Shown: positions 58,220-63,482 of the stretch, in pieces
How the letters are laid out: every line of letters starts with the position of its first letter
Position numbering within the stretch: position 1 is the first letter of the stretch
Origin: Clostridia bacterium
GTDB lineage: Bacteria; Bacillota; Clostridia; TANB77; CAG-508
NCBI GenBank assembly: GCA_047017005.1
Contig: JBKXSZ010000002.1
Coordinates: 44,620 to 108,101 of the forward strand
Reading direction: 5' to 3'
DNA: 63,482 bases
The notes under the pieces: model-generated
What the model saw: only the letters and a program-made list of their open reading frames with translations
Databases searched by the model: none
What the model was told of the DNA's origin: nothing
Program-made: the position numbers and the translations under genes

Positions 58220-58951
58220 CTATCTTACTTCTTTGGCATTATAATATACCTTGTCCATCACTTCATTACTATAGTGTTTATCTAAAAATATTTCTACTTT
58301 ATTTTTAGGTGCAATCCCTTTTCTTCTTGCTTCATGTCTTGTTGCCGCTACAGATGAAATGGCCATATTAAATATCATAAAAACAATTAAAATCCAAGTA
58401 ATTGGTAGTGCTATCTTTTTAGGTATTTTTTCAATTGAATTAGATAATAGAGGATATCCATATTTTATCCAAGTTAATCCTAAGCCTCCCCAAAAAATAG
58501 CAAAGAGTAAACTGGTTCTTCCTAAAATATTAAATGGCATATCGCTGTATTCCCAAGATACCGTACCATAGCAAAATTCTTGAAAATAACTACAAGCAAT
58601 TTCAAAAATAGCTCCTACTACCATACAAACTCCAAAAATAGTCCAAGCACTTTTTTTCCTTAAAGGATATACAGCAAGAGTAATAATAACTGCTCCGAAT
58701 CCATATACTGGATTAAAAGGTCCATATAAAACTCCTGCTCTACTTGTAATTCTATGCTCTACGATTAATCCAAAAAGAGTTTCTACAATAACACCAACAA
58801 TACATCCAATAAAAAAAATCCAAAACAACTTGTAAAAATTTAAACCTTCTGCAAAAGTATCCGCTTTTGTTTCTCTATTCATTACTTTTTTAGGTTCCAT
58901 TTTTAATTCATTTAATTTCTTATTTTCTTCCTTTACAATTTCTACTCCCAT
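58220..58951 (-). CDS. multi-pass membrane protein (ABC_trans_CmpB / PF06541-like)
   Basis: 243 aa. FFIGCIVGVIVETLF...GVLYGPFNPVYGFGAV resembles the putative ABC-transporter type IV family. Confidence 0.45.
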   Translation of the reverse strand: MGVEIVKEENKKLNELKMEPKKVMNRETKADTFAEGLNFYKLFWIFFIGCIVGVIVETLFGLIVEHRITSRAGVLYGPFNPVYGFGAVIITLAVYPLRKKSAWTIFGVCMVVGAIFEIACSYFQEFCYGTVSWEYSDMPFNILGRTSLLFAIFWGGLGLTWIKYGYPLLSNSIEKIPKKIALPITWILIVFMIFNMAISSVAATRHEARRKGIAPKNKVEIFLDKHYSNEVMDKVYYNAKEVR

Positions 58952-59073
58952 ATTTGTACCTTTTATTCTTATTTTTATTCTTATTCTCTATTATACTGAT
59001 TTTTCTGTTATCTTGCAATTATCTCAAGAAATTATTAAGAATTCTTCAGAATTTATACTTTTTTCTTTTCTAT

Positions 59074-59436
59074 TTAATTTTCTCTACGAATATCTACGCT
59101 ATCTAAAATCTCTTTACATTCTCTCCAATTTGCTACTTTAATGCAATCATAATCACCTTGTAATTTTTCTAAAATATCCATTGTACGGTCACTAGAATCT
59201 AAATCTGTCACTATAACATCTTTTACAAAATCTTCTTTTCCATACAAAATGCGAAACAAAATAGACCTCATAAATCCTTCTATTCTATTTTCTTGATTTT
59301 TAACAGCTATTATCATATAGATACCATCTGATTTTAAGTTTGTATAAGTACATATGTATATAATTGTTTTGATAATTTCAAATAATCCATAAAGTGCCAA
59401 TGTCCAAAACACTGCGTGTAAAATAAAGTCTAACAT
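59074..59436 (-). CDS. hypothetical membrane-anchored protein
   Basis: 120 aa with an N-terminal TM helix and a GGAGGAATAAGGTATG RBS. Confidence 0.4.
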   Translation of the reverse strand: MLDFILHAVFWTLALYGLFEIIKTIIYICTYTNLKSDGIYMIIAVKNQENRIEGFMRSILFRILYGKEDFVKDVIVTDLDSSDRTMDILEKLQGDYDCIKVANWRECKEILDSVDIRREN

Positions 59437-59502
59437 ACCTTATTCCTCCTATAAAATATAGTATGCTAGACTTATATTTTTCGTTATTCTTTCAAGTACT
59501 TT

Positions 59503-60618
59503 TTATCTTTTTAAAGTAATAATTTTCTCCCATGGTAAATTATCTTTTCCCATATGTCCATAGTTTGTTGTCTGACAATAAATTGGTTTTTTTAAATCTA
59601 AATATTCTATGATTCCTTTTGGTGTTAAATCAAAGTTTTTATGAATAATTTCAATTAATTCTTCCTCTGTTACTTTTCCAGTTCCAAAAGTATCCACATG
59701 AACAGACATTGGTTCTTCCATTCCTATTGCATATGCAACTTCTATTTCACATTTGTTAGCTAAGCCATTTGCTACAATATTCTTTGCAATATGTCGCGTC
59801 ATATATGCTGCCGAACGGTCTACTTTAGTAGCATCTTTTCCTGAAAATGCGCCTCCACCATGACGTCCATATCCGCCATAGGTATCTACTATAATTTTTC
59901 TTCCTGTAAGTCCTGTATCTCCAAGAGGTCCTCCTATAACAAATCTACCAGTTGGATTAACATAGTATTTTGTATTTTCATCCAAATATTTCGGGTCAAT
60001 TATTTTTTGTATTACTTCTCGTATGATATCTTGTTTCATTACTTCTAAATCTACTTCTGGCAAATGTTGATTAGATATTAAAATAGTATCAATTCTTTTT
60101 GGTATATTTTCCTCATATTCAACTGTAACCTGTGTTTTTCCATCTGGTCTTAAATAATTTAATATACCTTGTTTTCTCACTTCTGTAAGCCTTTTGGCAA
60201 GTTTATGAGCCATACAGATAGCAAATGGCATATATTCTTCTGTCTCATTGCATGCGTATCCAAACATCATTCCTTGGTCCCCAGCTCCTCCTACATCAAC
60301 TCCCATTGCGATATCGGGACTTTGTGCTGTGATATTTAAATTAATATTACAAGTTTTATAGTCTATATCTGTATCACTGTTATCGTAACCAATTTCTTTA
60401 ATTCTTTCTCTTACAATCTTTTCATAGTCTACTTTTGCATTTGTTGTAATTTCTCCCGCTATTGTAATGGTATCTTTAGCTGCAAATGTTTCTACTGCTA
60501 CCCTAGAATTAGGGTCTTGTTTTAGACATTCATCTAAAATGGTATCTGAAATATAGTCACACAACTTATCTGGATGTCCTTCTGTTACACTTTCTGATGT
60601 AAATACATAATTCTTCAT
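59503..60618 (-). CDS. metK: S-adenosylmethionine synthetase
   Basis: 371 aa. [28 protein letters not shown] and GGGAFSGKD. Confidence 0.95.
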   Translation of the reverse strand: MKNYVFTSESVTEGHPDKLCDYISDTILDECLKQDPNSRVAVETFAAKDTITIAGEITTNAKVDYEKIVRERIKEIGYDNSDTDIDYKTCNINLNITAQSPDIAMGVDVGGAGDQGMMFGYACNETEEYMPFAICMAHKLAKRLTEVRKQGILNYLRPDGKTQVTVEYEENIPKRIDTILISNQHLPEVDLEVMKQDIIREVIQKIIDPKYLDENTKYYVNPTGRFVIGGPLGDTGLTGRKIIVDTYGGYGRHGGGAFSGKDATKVDRSAAYMTRHIAKNIVANGLANKCEIEVAYAIGMEEPMSVHVDTFGTGKVTEEELIEIIHKNFDLTPKGIIEYLDLKKPIYCQTTNYGHMGKDNLPWEKIITLKR

Positions 60619-60654
60619 TTTGTTTCCTCTTTTCTTTCTTTAATTTTTATATGT

Positions 60655-60815
60655 TACCGCAAAAAACTCTGCTACCTATTTGTAGCAGAGGATAATTTCT
60701 ATTTTATCAAATCATCATCCAAAGCCACAAGCTTTGCTGGTATTAGCACCTTGCTCTAAAAGCAGGTTGCTGTGGGATTAACGAGCCAGTTCTCTCCTCC
60801 ACTCTTGATAACATA
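60655..60815 (-). promoter_or_regulatory. SAM-I (S-box) riboswitch with terminator, metK leader
   Basis: The minus strand reads GTTATCAAGAGTGGAGGAGAGAACTGGCTCGTTAATCCCACAGCAACCTGC...AGCAAGGTGCTAATACCAGCAAAGC...TGGATGATGA, matching the S-box core. It is followed by CTCTGCTAC-AAATAG-GTAGCAGAG-TTTTTT. Confidence 0.85.
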
Positions 60816-61187
60816 TTTACTTATTTATTTTAGCAGATTTTCTGCTTTTCGTCAACTTATTTCTCACATTGTCTATTCTACTAGCATCCTTCTTTATTTA
60901 GTTTTACTATTTGCTCTTCGGAAATAGAATTAAAAGAATATGTATAGTCTAATACAGGACATATTGGTTTTGTTTTCTTTATCTATGATAGGTTATCGTA
61001 GTCAAAAAATTTGAATTCTTCTGATAGGTTTAAAGTATGTTTAGCGTTCCGTCTACTTGGTAGGCATATATCGTTTCTGTGTAATTTGTTCTTTTTATTT
61101 TTATATTCTCATCTCATATTACCACACGCTTTAAAAAAAGAAATAAAAAAACTATGAAAATTTTCCATAGTTTCTTTATTTCTTTTT

Positions 61188-61706
61188 TTATACTAGTTCT
61201 AAAATTACTTTTTCAGCTGCATCTCCACGTCTTGGTCCAGCCTTGATGATTCTTGTATAACCACCAACTCTTCCCTCATATTTTGGAGCAATTTCATTGA
61301 ATAGTTTTCCAACTACATCTGTATCTTTAACTTTATTGATTTGTTTCATCATTTTTCTTCTAGCATTTAATCTAGACGGCATATCTTTTTGTCTTTTTTC
61401 TGTTGTTGTTTCTTTTACTACTTTTAAATATTCAACACCATTTTTACTTGTTACTTTTTCTGTAACTTTATGACCATTGCTATCAATTTTAGCTTTGCTA
61501 ACTTTTACATCGACCATTTCATAGTTATCTTTTTCTTTTACAGCTAATGCAATCAAACTATCTGTGATTGCTTTTACTTCTTTTGCTCTTGCTTCTGTTG
61601 TTTCAATTTTACCATGTAATAGTAAGTCGGTAGTTTGTGTTTTAAGCATTGCTAATCTTTGGTCTGTTGGTCTACCTAATTTTCTATTTGTTGCCACTTG
61701 TTTCAC
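61188..61706 (-). CDS. rplQ: 50S ribosomal protein L17 with a roughly 50-aa internal insertion
   Basis: 172 aa. The conserved ends are [14 protein letters not shown]... and ...[25 protein letters not shown]. Extra sequence lies between LIALAVKE and RLNARRKMM. Confidence 0.85.
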   Translation of the reverse strand: MKQVATNRKLGRPTDQRLAMLKTQTTDLLLHGKIETTEARAKEVKAITDSLIALAVKEKDNYEMVDVKVSKAKIDSNGHKVTEKVTSKNGVEYLKVVKETTTEKRQKDMPSRLNARRKMMKQINKVKDTDVVGKLFNEIAPKYEGRVGGYTRIIKAGPRRGDAAEKVILELV

Positions 61707-61729
61707 CTTCCTTATATTCTGTTATTTCA

Positions 61730-62677
61730 TTAATCTTCTTCTTGTGCAAAATCTAATCCTAATGAATGTAATTTGTTTGTTACTTCATCTAGTGATTTCT
61801 TTCCAAGATTTCTTACTTTCATCATGTCTGCTTCTGATTTATTTGTTAAGTCTTCGACTGTAGCAATTCCTGCTCTCTTTAAGCAATTGAAAGATCTTAC
61901 AGATAATTCTAAGTCTTCTATTGACATTTCTAGAACTTTTTCTTTCTTTGATTCTTCCTTTTCTACCATTACTTGTGTATTTTTAGCAGTTTCGGATAAA
62001 TCAATGAATAATTCTAAATGTCCTGTCATAACTTTAGCAGCTAAACTTAATGCTTCATATGGTTTTAAACTTCCATCTGTCCAAACTTCAATAACAAGTT
62101 TATCAAAGTCTACTTGTTGTCCAACTCTGGTGTTTTCTACTTGATAATTTACTTTTTTAACTGGTGTAAAGATAGAGTCAATTGGAAGAACTGTAATATC
62201 TTGATTTGCTTTTTTATTTTTATCAGAAGAATTATATCCTCTTCCTCTTTCTACAGTCATTTCCATATGTAGACTACCATCTTTTGCAACAGTAGCGATA
62301 TGTAAATCAGGATTTAGTATTTCTACCGTACCATCTGTTTGTATATCTCCTGCTGTTACTTCTCCTTCACCTTTGAAGTCAATAAATATTCTTTTTTCTT
62401 CATTATCATTTACTTTTAGTCTAACACCTTTTAAGTTAACTATAATTTCAGGAACATCTTCTACAACGTTTGGAACAGTTGAGAATTCATGTACTACTCC
62501 ATCAATTTTTACACTTGTTATTGCAGCACCTGGAAGTGATGATAATAAGATTCTTCTAAGTGAATTTCCTATGGTTACTCCATAACCACGTTCTAATGGT
62601 TCACATACAAATTTTGCATAATTTTTAATATCATCAGCTTCTAAGCATTCAATGTTTGGCTTTTCGAATTCTATCAT
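61730..62677 (-). CDS. rpoA: DNA-directed RNA polymerase subunit alpha
   Basis: 315 aa. The N-terminus is [20 protein letters not shown] and the C-terminus is [15 protein letters not shown]. Confidence 0.95.
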   Translation of the reverse strand: MIEFEKPNIECLEADDIKNYAKFVCEPLERGYGVTIGNSLRRILLSSLPGAAITSVKIDGVVHEFSTVPNVVEDVPEIIVNLKGVRLKVNDNEEKRIFIDFKGEGEVTAGDIQTDGTVEILNPDLHIATVAKDGSLHMEMTVERGRGYNSSDKNKKANQDITVLPIDSIFTPVKKVNYQVENTRVGQQVDFDKLVIEVWTDGSLKPYEALSLAAKVMTGHLELFIDLSETAKNTQVMVEKEESKKEKVLEMSIEDLELSVRSFNCLKRAGIATVEDLTNKSEADMMKVRNLGKKSLDEVTNKLHSLGLDFAQEED

Positions 62678-62740
62678 TTCTTACCTCCTAATAGAGTCGT
62701 GCTTGTCTCGCACAACGACTTATTCCTTTATCATAACCTA

Positions 62741-63364
62741 TTATTTTGAGTAAAGCTCTACGATTAAATGCTCTTCTATTGGTAGGTCAATGTCTTCTCT
62801 TGTTGCTAATCTTACTACTTTACCACTTACCTTTTCAGAGTCTTTTTCAAGCCATTCTGGTATTGGTCTTGTGGCATTTGCTTCCACATTTCCTTTAATA
62901 GTATTATTTTCTTTATTTTCTCTTAAAGAAATAACATCCCCTGGTTTTACTAGGTAAGAAGCAATATCTACTTTTTTACCATTAACAGCAAATAGTCCAT
63001 GATTTACAAATTGTCTAGCTTGAGCTCTTGAAGAACCAAATCCTAATCTGTAAACAACATTATCTAATCTGCTTTCTAATAATTGAAGTAAAACTTCACC
63101 TGTTTTTCCTTTTTTGTTAGAAGCCATTTCGAAATATTTTCTAAATTGTTTTTCTCCTACTCCATAGTATGATCTTGTTTTTTGTTTTTCTCTTAACTGT
63201 GTACCATATTCAGAAAGTTTCTTCTTTTTTTGTCCATGATCTCCTGGTGCGTAGTTTCTTCTAGAAACACTACATTTATCAGAGTAACATCTTGAACCTT
63301 TTAAGAATAACTTTTGTCCTTCTCTACGGCATATACGGCATTGTTCATCTTTATATCTTGCCAT
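62741..63364 (-). CDS. rpsD: 30S ribosomal protein S4
   Basis: 207 aa. [23 protein letters not shown]... zinc-ribbon N-terminus and an S4 domain. Confidence 0.95.
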   Translation of the reverse strand: MARYKDEQCRICRREGQKLFLKGSRCYSDKCSVSRRNYAPGDHGQKKKKLSEYGTQLREKQKTRSYYGVGEKQFRKYFEMASNKKGKTGEVLLQLLESRLDNVVYRLGFGSSRAQARQFVNHGLFAVNGKKVDIASYLVKPGDVISLRENKENNTIKGNVEANATRPIPEWLEKDSEKVSGKVVRLATREDIDLPIEEHLIVELYSK

Positions 63365-63429
63365 GAATTAATTACACCTCCATAAATTTTGTAACCTTTA
63401 TATTCTTATTATTTTTGTTTTTTGAAGAA

Positions 63430-63482
63430 TTATACTCTTCTTCTTTTTGGTGGTCTACAACCATTGTGTGGTATTGGTGTTA
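63430..63482 (-). CDS. rpsK: 30S ribosomal protein S11, C-terminal 17 codons (5' end beyond window edge)
   Basis: My translation reads ...TPIPHNGCRPPKRRRV followed by a stop, which is the invariant S11 C-terminus, in the expected rpsK-rpsD-rpoA-rplQ order. Confidence 0.85.
   Translation of the reverse strand, partial: TPIPHNGCRPPKRRRV

Overview
The window is 63.5 kb of chromosome from a very AT-rich (by eye under 30% GC), spore-forming Firmicute that looks Clostridia-like. From about 20.4 kb onward almost every gene is on the minus strand. Core content includes dapA and dapB, glmU, spoIVA, a gerA-type germinant receptor operon, rnr, secG, ftsH, alr, a FemAB-family gene, cysS, a class A PBP, dprA, folD, a Y-family polymerase, uppP, ppa, ldh, tRNA-His and tRNA-Gln, a sortase, a short alaS, spoVT, comFC, recD2, metK with a SAM-I riboswitch, and the 3' end of the ribosomal alpha operon (rpsK', rpsD, rpoA, rplQ). 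Accessory or unusual content is as follows. (1) At 6.3-11.5 kb, two paralogous genes encode a type IV pilin-like N-terminus fused to a DUF1566 (C-type-lectin-like) C-terminus. Their extreme 3' ends are colinear blocks of about 59% GC that differ almost only at codon positions 1-2, as diversity-generating retroelement (DGR) variable regions do. No template repeat or reverse transcriptase is visible in the window. The two genes share a near-identical 486-bp 5' module as a direct repeat, and a RelE/ParE toxin-antitoxin pair plus ORF-free decayed DNA lie between them. (2) An IS30-family element is flanked by a 14-bp direct repeat. (3) A 1-kb gene-free stretch holds two small-RNA candidates, each bounded by a promoter and a terminator. 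(4) A KAP P-loop NTPase is tightly coupled to comFC, downstream of recD2 and a protein built from perfect 42-bp tandem repeats. (5) Two spore-related genes (a DUF421/YetF-like gene and gerAA) each carry a one-base frameshift in the same T[C]GG context. All calls rest on reading the sequence and on motif recognition. No database searches were run.
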